Made by a program: the position numbers and the translations under genes. Shown here piece after piece: positions 45,580 to 56,713 of a stretch of 64,000 nt of DNA (positions are counted from its first letter, which is position 1; the number at the start of each line of letters is the position of its first letter). This DNA comes from a virus. Under the pieces are notes generated by a model. It was given only the letters and a program-made list of their open reading frames with translations, was not told where the DNA came from and made no database searches. The DNA is taken from the IMG/VR virus record IMGVR_UViG_3300018080_005419. The stretch is one strand, 5' to 3'.

Positions 45580-48500
45580 TTATCCCATTTTTGCAGATAA
45601 TTGTTCTATTGATTGTTTTATTTGAGGAAGGAATCCGAGATTTTCTTGACTTACTACTAATAACGGATTTAAAATATCATAAATACTTATTAAACTTTCT
45701 GCTTGTTCTTGAAGTTTTGCCATTTGTTCTTCAAATTTTTCTCGATCTTCTTCTCTATTTTTATCTTCTTCCTTTTTAACATCATCGGGGGTAACTGGTT
45801 TCTCTTCCTTAGGGGCAATTGGACCTACTGGTGCTGTTGGCGCTGTTTCTGCTGGAACCATTGAACCTGCTGCTGTTGCTCCTGGTTTTTTCGCAGCAAG
45901 AACGTTAACACCTGTAACGCCTGCTGTTGGAACTCCTTCTGTTGCTCCTGTAGTTGCAACACCATATGCAAGTTGTTTTTGTTTGTTTGCCGGTACTACT
46001 TCTCCTGGTGCGACTTTTTCTGCCTTTTTACCTTTTCGTCCTTTATATGTTCCTCGCATTCTTTCTGCAAAAACTGTTTCAGTTCCAGCTGCTAATTGCT
46101 TTTTATAATCCTCGGAAGTTTCAAATTTTCCGTATCGTTCAGTAGCCCTTCCTAAAACATTTTCTCCTAATCCGGCTAATTGTTTTTCTAGTTCGGCCTT
46201 TTTAGCTGGATCGGTTTCAGCAGCAATTTGTTCCTTAAGTGACTTCTTTTTCTCTTCATCTTCTTTTTTAATTTGAGTAGTAAATTCCTTCATTTTTTCC
46301 TTTTTGATATCTCTTCCAGCTGTCATTCTTGCACCTTCCTTAAGTGCAAGTCTTCTGCGATCACGAATATGTCCAATGCCACCCTTGGCTTTTCCTTTAA
46401 GTACTTCAGATTTTGCCAAAGCTTCGTCGTATGATATTTCTCCTCTTTGGGCTGATTCTAATAATTTGTCAATTTCTCCAGCAGCACCTCTATGTGATAA
46501 AAACAATCCACTTCCTTGTGCCTCTGAAAAATCCTGAGTTTTAGCAGCAAGTTTTTTTGCTTTATTTTGTGCTTCAGCTGCCTCTTTCTTTTTTCTTCCT
46601 TCTTTTTGTCTTCCTAACGCTAATCTCGTTTCATCAGCAAGAGCTTTAGCCTCTAAAGATCCTAATATTCCTGATTCAGATAATGTTTCTCCTGTCATTT
46701 CATCCACAGTAGACAAACCAACCTCACTAGCAGCATGTTGAGCTTCCATATTAATATTTACATCTTTATCAATTTCTTTTTCTCTTTTATTTAATTTTGC
46801 AAGTTTTGTTTCTTGTGTTTTTTGTTTCTTTTTAGTTTCTTCTTGTTTTTTGTCTATATCCGGAGTTCCTTTAGATAATAATTTGACAGATTCTTCAGCC
46901 TTTTTTAACTGTTCCCAAACAATTTCGCCTTCTTTTAATTTTTTCTGAGCAATTTTTAAAACTGGTTCTAACAAACCTCCCCCCCCTGACTCTTTTACTC
47001 TATTTTTTATTTCGTCTACTTTTTTCTTAAGTGGTCCAAGCACATCTGATTTTGACTTTCCTTGTTTAATTCCAGAAACTATAGATTCTAATTGTTTAGG
47101 AGACACAAACCCCTTAATCCCCTCAGAAAATTCCGAGAGAGATTTTTCCGCAATTTTTTTGTTTTCTTCTGCTTTTTTGGTAAGTTCTTCCTTTTTTGCT
47201 TTTTCTTGCTGATCTAAATCTCTTGCTTGTGCATCTAATGCTATAAGTTCTTTTCTCGCTTTATGTCTTTCTTCTATAATTTTTGTTCTTTCTGCCTCTC
47301 TTTTTACCATTTTATCTTTAATTGCTGCAATTTTCTTTTTAAGTGCTACTAACTTTTCATCTCTTTTATTATTTTCTTCCGATATTTGCATGGCTTCTTC
47401 TGATAATTTTTGCGATTTATCTGTAAATTCTCCTATCACTCCTTCAGCACCTTCTGGAACTATCATTGGAGCCGCTGCTGTTCCTCCTCCTGTCATATTG
47501 GTATTCTTTCTTGGTTTTGTTGCTGGTTTTGTTGCTGGTTTTGTTCCTGTGGAGACACCAGCTATAGATTTCCAAGTTGAAGACAATGTGTTTTTGACTT
47601 GATTCGCCATATTACCCAAAAAGCCCGTTATATTACCACCTCTAGCCTTTTTAGTAACACGTTCAGGAGTTGCTCCTCCTAATGTTGCAGGCTTTCCTCT
47701 AGGAGGAGTAATTTGAAATGGTCTATTTGCTCGCACACCAGCTAAATTACTCATTTCATTTCTAAGATCTTGAACATCAGTTCTTAACCCTTTATTGGTT
47801 TCATTTAATGCATCAGTAGAAGATACAGATTTGTCAGTAGCTTCTTTAAGATCTTTGCTTGGCTTTTTTGTATCTTTCATTGCTGATTTAATAGCAGCAG
47901 CTGTCTGTATACTTGCTGCTTGTTGAGATTTTGTTTTAGCAGTTCCAGCACCACCAAGAACAATACCTCCAGGTCCAATTGTTAATCCTGTTCCTTTTCT
48001 TTGCGCTAATAAGTTTCTTTTAAATCCTCCAATTTTTCCAAGTTCTCCAATTGCGGTTCCTAACATCTTTTCCATTGTTGATCTTTGTGCCTGAAGAGTT
48101 TTCTTCGTGACTTCTGCTCTGGCCTTTACAAAATCTAATTCTCTTTCTCTTAATGCTGTAAGATTCATTCTTCCAGCAGCATATTCTTGTTGAGCAAAAT
48201 TAAATCTTTCTTGAGCTAATCCCGCTTGTTCCTGTGCATAACCAACAATTTCAGCTTGTTTCTCTAATACTAAAGCATAAGGAGCACCCATTTGTTCTAA
48301 AACATCTAATTGAACTTCTGACATTCCTCTTTCAGCAGCAACACGTTTATTTTCCAGTGTTAATAAATTTTCAAATGCCTGAACTCTCTTTTGAGCTAAT
48401 TCGTTCATTTTATTTTCTTTATCTAATCGTTTTTGCGTAATGGCAATTTCAGTTGCTCCTATTGCTTCTGTTAGTCTTCTTCTTTCATTAGGATCTTCTG

Positions 48501-51500
48501 TACCTTTTAATGATGCTTCTAATTTCTTTTTAGTATTTATAGCGTCATTGATTTGTATGTTTGCTTGCTCTTCTTCTATTCTTGCCCGTTTTTCAAGCAT
48601 TCTAACTGAATTTATAACCGCTTCGTCCATATTACCAAAACCAGCTTGCGCAAGACTTATTTGTTTCTCAAATCCTCCAACTGTTACATCTAATAATTTT
48701 GCTTCTCTATTTATATCTGATACTGATTTTGTTATGTAATCTAAATATGTTCCTAAAGATTTCATAGTATCTGTAAACGTTGCTTGTTTCGCCTTTTCAA
48801 ATCCAATTTGTTCAAAAGCATCTACACTTACTGTTGTTTGTCCGGTTTCTTTCATATAATTTAAAGCTTCTCTAGCTTGAGCCTTTTCGGGTTCTGCAAT
48901 ATCACTTTTTTCTAAATCTTTCAAGGCTTTATCAATACCAATTTCTGCCTCTCCCCACACATCTTTTAATTTCGAAGACAGTTTTTTAGTAAGCGCCCTC
49001 ATATTTTTTTCTTTAGTAGAGGCAAATTCAAATGATGATTGCATATTTTTACGAGTAGCATCCATTCCTTCCGACATTGCCATAAACGTCATTCCAAATC
49101 TAGATCCCATATCTTGAAATATTTTTGATGTTTCCAATTTAGTTGCAGAAATTTGCATTGCTTGACTAGAATCTTTTGCCATAGCATTTAAAAGATCCAT
49201 TGAAGATTTGACTTGTGTTTTTAAATTATCATAAAAGCCCTTACCTGCATCTAGTATTGGCTTAACAACATCTTTAGTATTTGTTGCTGCAATGCCTGCC
49301 GCACTTGCTTTAGCTAAGCTAGAAGCTTTTCTTTTAATTTCATCATATTCACCTTTTAATTCTGTTGTCCTTTTTGACATTTTATCAACAATATCTTTCC
49401 CTAATCTTTTGGTTAGAAATTCTTGAATCTGTTTCGGAGAAAATTTTCCAACTTTTTTCTCTGCTTTATTTAATTCCGCAAAAGCTTGTTCCACTTTGCC
49501 AGAATCAGCACCTATATCTGCATAAAACATATCCATTTTCTGTGTTAGTTTTTCGTTTTCGGATAGTCTTTTTTGTAACTCTTTCATTTTTGCTTGTGCA
49601 TTCTTGAGATTTTCACCCGTTGCAGATTTTAATATCTCTCTTTGTATACTTATTTCTTTTTGAATGTCTTCTCGTTCAGTATCAAGACTTATTGTGCTAC
49701 CTTGACTGCTCAAAGTGGACGACATAATTGCTTCAAATGCTGCTAACTCTTTCTTTTTGCTTTCCATCTCTTCTTGTGCTGCATCTGAACTTTTATTTAA
49801 ATTAGAACTTAAATTTTTTAAATTATTAATTTGCTCTTTCGTTAAAGATCCACTTTGTTTTGTTAAAGAAATAAATTCTTTAAATTCTTTTTCTCCTCCC
49901 AATGCTTCTTTAACTGATCCTTCATCTTTAAAACCCTTCGAAACTATCTGTTTTGCTGTTTCTTGACTTGCTTTATTTGCATCACTAAGACCTTTTGCAA
50001 GATTGACAGATTCTTCAACTGCAACACTAAAAGATTTACCCAACTCGTCTAATTTTTTACCAGCTTGCTCTATTTGTTTACCTCTTAAATTTTCAAATTG
50101 TCCTGCGTCCAAACCAACACCTAAAATTCCAGAAATATCTATAGGAGCACCAGCAAGACTAGATTTTATCTCCGCCATAATTAATCCAGGAGTTTTTCCA
50201 ATCATTTGAACTAACTTATCGAATTCTTGAGACAGTTTTAATGTTTCTTCATTAATTGATTTTTGTGCTTCTTGAAATGATGCATTTATAGCCCCCGGAT
50301 CCATATCGTCCATTTCATCTATATTTCTTTGTAAAACATTATTAATATCAGTTATTCTTCTGGCAAATCTAGATCTTACCGCCCTAGCAGAATCAGACAA
50401 AGAATCCAAAAATAACTTAGTGGATCCACCTAATTTTTGTTGAATTTCTGCACTAGTTTTTCCTAGGGCGGTTCTCATTTCATACATTTTAACAATAGGG
50501 CTTTTTGCTGCTGCATCTAAAGCTCCAATAATTGCTTGAAAATTACGAGCCGATTTAATTCGAGATTTCCCTATCTCTCTTAGTTTTTTAGCACTTTCAT
50601 CTATTGTTTCTTGAAAATCTCTCATGTTTAATTCGCCAAATGCTCTGCCCCCTTCTTCACTTTCAACTGCTCCAAATGCAACCATGGCACCCTTTAAATT
50701 TTCAACAGTTTGCGTTGCTCTAGTTTTGTAAATTGTTTCTAATTCTTTTTTAGCAGCCTCAAATTGTACATTATAAGAAAATAAAGATGTAGCAAGTCCT
50801 ATCAATCCTCCAGCAACTGCTCCGATAGCAGTACCTACACCAGGAGCAATTAAAGTCCCGACAAAAGCACCAGCACCGGCAAAACTTGCTGCTAAATGCA
50901 TACTGTTAGATATTAAATCTTTACTTGTTTTTTCCCACAGGTCTGCAGTTACAGAAACTTTGCCAGATAAAACATCTAAAGCTGTTCCATACGAATCAGC
51001 AACCCTTTGAAGTGTTGCCCCTGTTCCTAATCCTGCAGAAAATTTCTTAATGTCATCTGCTGATGCGCCCATAATAAATGAATGAGATCTTACAATTGCA
51101 GCATCCTTTTTAAGTTCATCAGTTACAGAATCAAATTTTTCTCCCATTGCTTTTATAACATTATAAGCATCCCATGCAGCCGCACCAACTGCTGCAAGAC
51201 CAGCACCAACTTTTGCAACTCCTACTGCAATTTTTCCAAATTTCCCCATTCCACCAACTGCTGGTCCTCCTTCTCCTCCATCTCCACTTTGTCTTACTGC
51301 ACTTTCGACCCTTGACAAACCTGCGGAATTACTTCTTGAAAATCCCCCAATTAAAGTATTAGCTAACCCTAAAGCAACTAAAGATCTTCCTGTAATATCT
51401 CCTACAGCTGTTAACGCTGTTAAAGATCCAGACATAGGAGTAAGCATTTTTCTAACAGTATCAGCAATATCTTCTTGAACCCTTATTGATTTTTGAATAT

Positions 51501-52515
51501 CTGTTTGTACTTCTGCCGCTTCTCCCCCTTCAATTCCTCCTAAAAATCCAGCTTTTATTGCTAAATCTACCTTTCCTTCTTTAGCAAGTGCATATAAAGC
51601 GGATGTCTGATCGTCAATTGAAGAAGAAAATTTCAAATCTTGTTCAACAGTTGGCATTTGCATCATTAATTCGCCAACTTGTTTTATTGCACTTTGCGCA
51701 GCAGAACCTTCTCCATATAAATTAACAATATTTTGTGCAGCAGTTTCAAGGTTAGAAGTATCTAATCCGCGTTTACCCATTGCTTCTAATGTAGGCAAAA
51801 AAGTTTGAAACTCTTTTCTTGTAGTTCCAATTGTACTACGAAGATTTTCTAAATCTCGAATTCCCCCAGGGGCAACTGTTGATACTTTTGAAACAGCGCT
51901 AAGTTGAACTTGATATTGGTTAAGTGTAGAGATCGAATCTCTGATACTTCTTGAGAGATTTCCTGCTTCTTTCCCTAAATATAAGATAGCCCCTGCTGTA
52001 ATAGAAGCCCCCACACCAGCTTTTTGTAAAGAACCACTTACAGAGTCTATTTGACTTTTAGCAGTACCCAATGTGCCAATAAATGTTCTAAAACTTCCGT
52101 TACCAGTTAAAACAGCATTAGCAAATTGACCCTGGAAAGAGCTTGCCCTTTCTACAGCTTCAGCATAATCTTGGTTTAATTGAATTGCTTCTTTTAAAGG
52201 TTTGTTGGCAGCGGATAATGCACCTCTAACATCGCCAAATGTTTTATATTGGTCGTTTAATTTTTTCTGGGAATTTTCAGCTGCATCAGCTAATTTATTT
52301 AATTGGTCTATTTGTGAACCTGTAGCTTTTCCTGATTTTCCTAATGCAGTAGCTTGATCTTTTATAGCTTTTTGAAAATCTGTTAATGATTTGTTGATTT
52401 TATCAATATTGTCAGCATTATCGCCCAAATGAGATATGGACTGAGATATTTGTTTTAGACGGTCATTGAATTTGTCTAAACTATCACTCTCAAAAATTTC
52501 TTCAGCCATATCCAA
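45580..52515 (-). CDS. Tail tape measure protein
   Basis: 2311 aa, mostly helical/coiled-coil, with Ala/Gly-rich hydrophobic segments (AGAFVGTLIAPGVGTAIGAVAGGLIG). Follows the tube and chaperone genes. Confidence 0.8.
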   Translation of the reverse strand: MDMAEEIFESDSLDKFNDRLKQISQSISHLGDNADNIDKINKSLTDFQKAIKDQATALGKSGKATGSQIDQLNKLADAAENSQKKLNDQYKTFGDVRGALSAANKPLKEAIQLNQDYAEAVERASSFQGQFANAVLTGNGSFRTFIGTLGTAKSQIDSVSGSLQKAGVGASITAGAILYLGKEAGNLSRSIRDSISTLNQYQVQLSAVSKVSTVAPGGIRDLENLRSTIGTTRKEFQTFLPTLEAMGKRGLDTSNLETAAQNIVNLYGEGSAAQSAIKQVGELMMQMPTVEQDLKFSSSIDDQTSALYALAKEGKVDLAIKAGFLGGIEGGEAAEVQTDIQKSIRVQEDIADTVRKMLTPMSGSLTALTAVGDITGRSLVALGLANTLIGGFSRSNSAGLSRVESAVRQSGDGGEGGPAVGGMGKFGKIAVGVAKVGAGLAAVGAAAWDAYNVIKAMGEKFDSVTDELKKDAAIVRSHSFIMGASADDIKKFSAGLGTGATLQRVADSYGTALDVLSGKVSVTADLWEKTSKDLISNSMHLAASFAGAGAFVGTLIAPGVGTAIGAVAGGLIGLATSLFSYNVQFEAAKKELETIYKTRATQTVENLKGAMVAFGAVESEEGGRAFGELNMRDFQETIDESAKKLREIGKSRIKSARNFQAIIGALDAAAKSPIVKMYEMRTALGKTSAEIQQKLGGSTKLFLDSLSDSARAVRSRFARRITDINNVLQRNIDEMDDMDPGAINASFQEAQKSINEETLKLSQEFDKLVQMIGKTPGLIMAEIKSSLAGAPIDISGILGVGLDAGQFENLRGKQIEQAGKKLDELGKSFSVAVEESVNLAKGLSDANKASQETAKQIVSKGFKDEGSVKEALGGEKEFKEFISLTKQSGSLTKEQINNLKNLSSNLNKSSDAAQEEMESKKKELAAFEAIMSSTLSSQGSTISLDTEREDIQKEISIQREILKSATGENLKNAQAKMKELQKRLSENEKLTQKMDMFYADIGADSGKVEQAFAELNKAEKKVGKFSPKQIQEFLTKRLGKDIVDKMSKRTTELKGEYDEIKRKASSLAKASAAGIAATNTKDVVKPILDAGKGFYDNLKTQVKSSMDLLNAMAKDSSQAMQISATKLETSKIFQDMGSRFGMTFMAMSEGMDATRKNMQSSFEFASTKEKNMRALTKKLSSKLKDVWGEAEIGIDKALKDLEKSDIAEPEKAQAREALNYMKETGQTTVSVDAFEQIGFEKAKQATFTDTMKSLGTYLDYITKSVSDINREAKLLDVTVGGFEKQISLAQAGFGNMDEAVINSVRMLEKRARIEEEQANIQINDAINTKKKLEASLKGTEDPNERRRLTEAIGATEIAITQKRLDKENKMNELAQKRVQAFENLLTLENKRVAAERGMSEVQLDVLEQMGAPYALVLEKQAEIVGYAQEQAGLAQERFNFAQQEYAAGRMNLTALRERELDFVKARAEVTKKTLQAQRSTMEKMLGTAIGELGKIGGFKRNLLAQRKGTGLTIGPGGIVLGGAGTAKTKSQQAASIQTAAAIKSAMKDTKKPSKDLKEATDKSVSSTDALNETNKGLRTDVQDLRNEMSNLAGVRANRPFQITPPRGKPATLGGATPERVTKKARGGNITGFLGNMANQVKNTLSSTWKSIAGVSTGTKPATKPATKPRKNTNMTGGGTAAAPMIVPEGAEGVIGEFTDKSQKLSEEAMQISEENNKRDEKLVALKKKIAAIKDKMVKREAERTKIIEERHKARKELIALDAQARDLDQQEKAKKEELTKKAEENKKIAEKSLSEFSEGIKGFVSPKQLESIVSGIKQGKSKSDVLGPLKKKVDEIKNRVKESGGGGLLEPVLKIAQKKLKEGEIVWEQLKKAEESVKLLSKGTPDIDKKQEETKKKQKTQETKLAKLNKREKEIDKDVNINMEAQHAASEVGLSTVDEMTGETLSESGILGSLEAKALADETRLALGRQKEGRKKKEAAEAQNKAKKLAAKTQDFSEAQGSGLFLSHRGAAGEIDKLLESAQRGEISYDEALAKSEVLKGKAKGGIGHIRDRRRLALKEGARMTAGRDIKKEKMKEFTTQIKKEDEEKKKSLKEQIAAETDPAKKAELEKQLAGLGENVLGRATERYGKFETSEDYKKQLAAGTETVFAERMRGTYKGRKGKKAEKVAPGEVVPANKQKQLAYGVATTGATEGVPTAGVTGVNVLAAKKPGATAAGSMVPAETAPTAPVGPIAPKEEKPVTPDDVKKEEDKNREEDREKFEEQMAKLQEQAESLISIYDILNPLLVVSQENLGFLPQIKQSIEQLSAKMG

Positions 52516-52546
52516 TTCCTCTACTTACAAATTTGATTCTGTTAAT

Positions 52547-53266
52547 TTATTGTCCTGCAGAATCAAATAATATTAACAATGTCTTTTCAAATAGGGTCAT
52601 AACAACATCCAATAATGCTGGTAATGTTCTAAATAATTTTTCTGCTGTTTCTGAATCCATTATTCCTGTTTCTGGGTCTTTTGTTATTTCTACCGGATTT
52701 CCTTCTCCGTCAACCATATCTGTTTCATTTAAGTGATTCATAAGGAAAAGATTTCTCAACATCATTCTGTTAATTACAAGCTCGCCAGATTGAGGAGCAT
52801 AAAACGATGCTGCTCTTCTGTATTTTTGCATATCATCGTAACAAATAGGTCTAAATTTAAATGTATAAGTGACAAAATTTAAAACTTCTAATTTATCTGT
52901 GTTAACCATTCCACTTTGAGTTACGCTATAAACAGAACCATCTTCAGAATCGAAAACAATATCTACTTTGATTTCCGTTAATTCTTCTCGATCAATAAAT
53001 AATTTTGGGAATTTAACTTTAGGCTTATTACTTTCTGTTTTTCCTTCTTGTTCTTTAAGAGAAATTCCATCAAAATTAGCAACCCCTTCTACTTTAGGGG
53101 CCGCAGAAACAGCATCTCCACTTTCAACAGAATTAACAGCCATTTCTCTGTCTTGATCGTGATTGCTTTCTGAAACATTGGGAGTAGAAATTTCTGGTGC
53201 TGCTGCTTCCGCTTCGTGTGCTTCTTTTCCTAAAACTTTTTCTTCATTTTTTTCTTCTGCTGACAT
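52547..53266 (-). CDS. Tail assembly chaperone-like protein
   Basis: Directly upstream of the tape measure. FKFRPI.Y resembles 55224 and 54209. Confidence 0.4.
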   Translation of the reverse strand: MSAEEKNEEKVLGKEAHEAEAAAPEISTPNVSESNHDQDREMAVNSVESGDAVSAAPKVEGVANFDGISLKEQEGKTESNKPKVKFPKLFIDREELTEIKVDIVFDSEDGSVYSVTQSGMVNTDKLEVLNFVTYTFKFRPICYDDMQKYRRAASFYAPQSGELVINRMMLRNLFLMNHLNETDMVDGEGNPVEITKDPETGIMDSETAEKLFRTLPALLDVVMTLFEKTLLILFDSAGQ

Positions 53267-53287
53267 TTCTTTTTCTCCTTTTTTAAA

Positions 53288-54205
53288 CTACGCCAAACTT
53301 AAACTATATGGTATTTGTTCTGAAGCATTATCTGTGTAACTAGAAGGAACTCCTGCAAGTGTCACAGCAATTGAATAATTACCCATAGCATCTATACCAC
53401 CATAAGAAATCGAGGAACTGATTTGTATACTATTATCTAAAGTCATAGTAAGAGGAGAAAAAGATTCTGTTATTGCTAATTGAACTTTATCGTATTCTTT
53501 CAATTCAGTTAACATTTGTACAGTTAAATTAAAATCCCAAGGTCCTGTTCTAAAATAAGCAGGCAAATCAAAATCTTCATTGTTTAAATATTGAGGAGTT
53601 AGTGCTTGAGACACTGTAATTTCCCAACTAATAGTTTTTAAAGGATCTGTTCCATCTAAAGCTCCAGTATGCCAATAAGGAATTAAATCGGAAGTTTTAT
53701 AGATTTCGTTAAATTGTCCAGTTGCTGTAGGATGTTCTAATTCACCTTTTACATTTGTCATAAAACTAAGAGAAGCAGTTAATAAGGCTCCTTCTCCACA
53801 CGATAAAGTAAAAGAATTCCATCTACAACTAGGAATTTTCACATAAGAAAATTGTTCAGTTCCGATATAAACAGTAAAACTTTCTTTTCGCGCAGTTAAA
53901 ATCCAATTTAACAAACTTAAAGCATATTTTTTATCGCAATCAAAGCTTAAACTACCATTAATCGCTTCTACTCCGTCTGACAATAATACTTTAATTTTGC
54001 TAGAATTATCGTCAATCTCACCAATAGACGCCATATTCTGAAAAAATGAGGTTCTAGCTGTTGAATATTCTCCTGCTGTCATTAAAACATCTAATTGAGT
54101 GTGTCCCGATCCTTCTTCCCAATTAATGTTTGGATAATAGGGATTCGTGCCAAGGATTATCTTTCCTCCAACACTGTGTCCTAATCTATATGCACTAATA
54201 GCCAT
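53288..54205 (-). CDS. Tail tube-like protein, paralog 3
   Basis: INGSLSFDC, LSCGEGALLTASL, IPYWHT, WEITVSQ. Confidence 0.5.
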   Translation of the reverse strand: MAISAYRLGHSVGGKIILGTNPYYPNINWEEGSGHTQLDVLMTAGEYSTARTSFFQNMASIGEIDDNSSKIKVLLSDGVEAINGSLSFDCDKKYALSLLNWILTARKESFTVYIGTEQFSYVKIPSCRWNSFTLSCGEGALLTASLSFMTNVKGELEHPTATGQFNEIYKTSDLIPYWHTGALDGTDPLKTISWEITVSQALTPQYLNNEDFDLPAYFRTGPWDFNLTVQMLTELKEYDKVQLAITESFSPLTMTLDNSIQISSSISYGGIDAMGNYSIAVTLAGVPSSYTDNASEQIPYSLSLA

Positions 54206-54208
54206 TTT

Positions 54209-55249
54209 TTATCTCTTACCTCTTCTTGCACCAATTACTTTGGCACCTTTTTGTGAAGGTTTAGAACCACTATCCATTTGCCTGATATGAATCTCGTTAC
54301 CCTTATTTGCTACAAATCTTATCATTGTTGAAACTCGATACGGTAAATTCTCTAAATCACCTCCAGATAAATAAAACTCCTTAGCCATAGCACTAGCTTC
54401 ACAATATAGTCTAATTCCTTCTGCTGGATTTGATACACCCTTACTATTCTTGGAAAATAATCTCTCACATTGCTGATCTAATACTTTTGTCTCATCATCA
54501 CTAATATCATTTAAGCGCACAAATTCACCAGCAATTATATCAAATAATCTGGGATGTATACTATGTTCAATCATATCTATAGATTTTTGAGTTAATCTTC
54601 CGTCTTCAAATTCTAGATCAATAGGTAAATTCCAAGATTTAAAACAACAAGAAAATGATAACTTCTTATATTCATCGTAATTCATTAAAAGTCTCATATC
54701 ATTATCGCTATTTGGTTCATAGATAAAGTGGTCTATTCTATTTTTAACTCCAACTGTAATGGGTTTAAATATGGCTTTGACTACTATTTCGTTTTCGTCT
54801 TCATATCCATCTATAGGTAAAATAGGCAAACTTTCATCTAAAGAAATTGTTAAAGGTCTAACTATAACCTGAGGCCAATTATTTTTAACATAACAATAAA
54901 CAACCACATCTCCATTTAAAGAATAATGCCTTTTCTTCCTTTCGTTAACCCTCTGTATAATCTTTAATTCTTGATGAGATACATGTTCTCTAAGAGCAGT
55001 TAATTCTCCAATAATACTTGAATGTTGTGATCTTCCTTGTTGTTCTGATACAAATTGTTCGTGTTGGCCAAATCTCTCTTTCAATTCTTTCTTAAATAGA
55101 TAATCCTTTTTAGCGTCTTCTCTAATTTGTTTTGATCGTGATTGTATTTCTTCACGAGTCATTTGTCTAGGTGGTGGAGGATTTAAACTCTCACCCATTA
55201 GAGATTCAGATTTTCTATTTGGTTTATTCGGCATTTTGTTTAATCTCAT
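54209..55249 (-). CDS. Tail assembly chaperone-like protein with N-terminal extension
   Basis: IFKPIT, KSWNL, GRLTQKSIDMI resemble 55224. Confidence 0.4.
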   Translation of the reverse strand: MRLNKMPNKPNRKSESLMGESLNPPPPRQMTREEIQSRSKQIREDAKKDYLFKKELKERFGQHEQFVSEQQGRSQHSSIIGELTALREHVSHQELKIIQRVNERKKRHYSLNGDVVVYCYVKNNWPQVIVRPLTISLDESLPILPIDGYEDENEIVVKAIFKPITVGVKNRIDHFIYEPNSDNDMRLLMNYDEYKKLSFSCCFKSWNLPIDLEFEDGRLTQKSIDMIEHSIHPRLFDIIAGEFVRLNDISDDETKVLDQQCERLFSKNSKGVSNPAEGIRLYCEASAMAKEFYLSGGDLENLPYRVSTMIRFVANKGNEIHIRQMDSGSKPSQKGAKVIGARRGKR

Positions 55250-55673
55250 ATCCTTCTAAAATTGCGTTCATTCTGGCTATAATTTCACTTACAACCCATG
55301 GATATAAATTCCTAAATAATTGAAAAGATTCGTCTACCAATGCTCCTTTATTGTGCGTTAATTTCATTTGTGGATCTATTTGAGAAAATGACCAATCCTT
55401 TAAAAGAAACTTAATTTTTAGATCATTAAATTTATCCGTATCAACATAAAATGTTCCGCTTTCTTTATGATATGTTGTTGCCATCTTTCTTAAATTGACC
55501 ATTGCGTTATAATCCCACATCCGAAACTCAACCCAATGCTCAACATTATTTCTAGATTCTTCAACTACGAATTTGACTCTCTTTCCGTCTGTCTCATTTA
55601 ATTGAAACCTTATCCTGAATGTTTCATCCTTTTGAAGTTGCCATTTAGACTTATAAACCGGAATATCAGCCAT
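55224..55673 (-). CDS. Tail assembly chaperone-like protein
   Basis: VEFRMWDY, LKDWSF, GALVDESFQLF. Lies between tube-like genes. Confidence 0.4.
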   Translation of the reverse strand: MADIPVYKSKWQLQKDETFRIRFQLNETDGKRVKFVVEESRNNVEHWVEFRMWDYNAMVNLRKMATTYHKESGTFYVDTDKFNDLKIKFLLKDWSFSQIDPQMKLTHNKGALVDESFQLFRNLYPWVVSEIIARMNAILEGYEIKQNAE

Positions 55674-55705
55674 CTTATTGTTCTCCTTGTTAATTTAATT
55701 AATTT

Positions 55706-56713
55706 CTATACCCCAACAATATGAGGCATAGTAAAGTAACCATTTGCTTGGTAACTCATTTCTTGAATAGCACCAATACCACTAATATTTAATCCATCAG
55801 TAATTTGTTGCAATGGTTCGCTATATTCATCACCATCAATAGAGGCATCCATACGACCTAAATTAATAGACCTTGTTGTTGAAGGTCCCTTTATATTTAT
55901 ATTAGCGTTACGAAATTTTTCCGGCACAGAATATTGCCGAGAACCTGCATTTAATGGAGTTACAACAGTTACAAAGGTTACATTCAACACCACGGATGCT
56001 AGACCAATTTGTATCAAAGTTGGTCCAGGGTGTTGATCATCTCCTGATGCAGCAGCACAAGTCATTCTTCTAGTTACAGAATTATTCATTTCTAAAGACC
56101 AATTTTGAATTTGAATTTCTTCAGGTAATTCATCTCCATTTTCATCTTCAAATGTTAAATATGTCTGCCAATAAGGAATAGGTAATTGATATTCGGGGAA
56201 AGCAAAAGATATTGGTGATGTTCTATTTCCATCAATTTCGAATCCAAATCGTTGTCCTATATAATCTTCCCCCAATTCTAGATATCTAGTTGGAAGGTTG
56301 TATTTGTCAGCTTCCGGAGTAATACCGGGAATTAAATTTATATCAATAGATGCACTTAAAAAATTTCCTGGTCCTGTTGATAAAGAAATTCTACTCCAAT
56401 AAGCATCCCCATATTCCAATTCATTTTCTTTATTTGAATACCATAAAAATTCTTTACTTTGATCTCTATTAGGTATCCAGCCGTTTTCTTCTTCAAAAAG
56501 AACATCTATTAAATCAAAATTACAATCTATATTAAATCCACCCGTAATCTCATCGAAGTCAAAAGTGTGGACTCGATTTACGGCTTCACTTAGTGTAGGA
56601 GCAGCATAAGTACCTTCAGAAGCAATTTCTGGACGAGCATGATCAACAGTACCATCAGTTATTAGGTACTGTTTATTATCTAAAAGAATAATTCCTTCAT
56701 ATCCAAGTGCCAC
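55706..56713 (-). CDS. Tail tube-like protein, paralog 2
   Basis: GTG start after GAGGAG. MALGYEG, ITGGFNIDC, PIPYWQT, NWSLEMNN. Confidence 0.5.
   Translation of the reverse strand: MALGYEGIILLDNKQYLITDGTVDHARPEIASEGTYAAPTLSEAVNRVHTFDFDEITGGFNIDCNFDLIDVLFEEENGWIPNRDQSKEFLWYSNKENELEYGDAYWSRISLSTGPGNFLSASIDINLIPGITPEADKYNLPTRYLELGEDYIGQRFGFEIDGNRTSPISFAFPEYQLPIPYWQTYLTFEDENGDELPEEIQIQNWSLEMNNSVTRRMTCAAASGDDQHPGPTLIQIGLASVVLNVTFVTVVTPLNAGSRQYSVPEKFRNANINIKGPSTTRSINLGRMDASIDGDEYSEPLQQITDGLNISGIGAIQEMSYQANGYFTMPHIVGV

Noticed and set aside
55224-55249. Programmed G/GT-type frameshift between the overlapping chaperone-like genes
   Set aside because: I saw no X XXY YYZ slippery heptamer in the overlap, and the downstream gene appears to be a full paralog with its own start.
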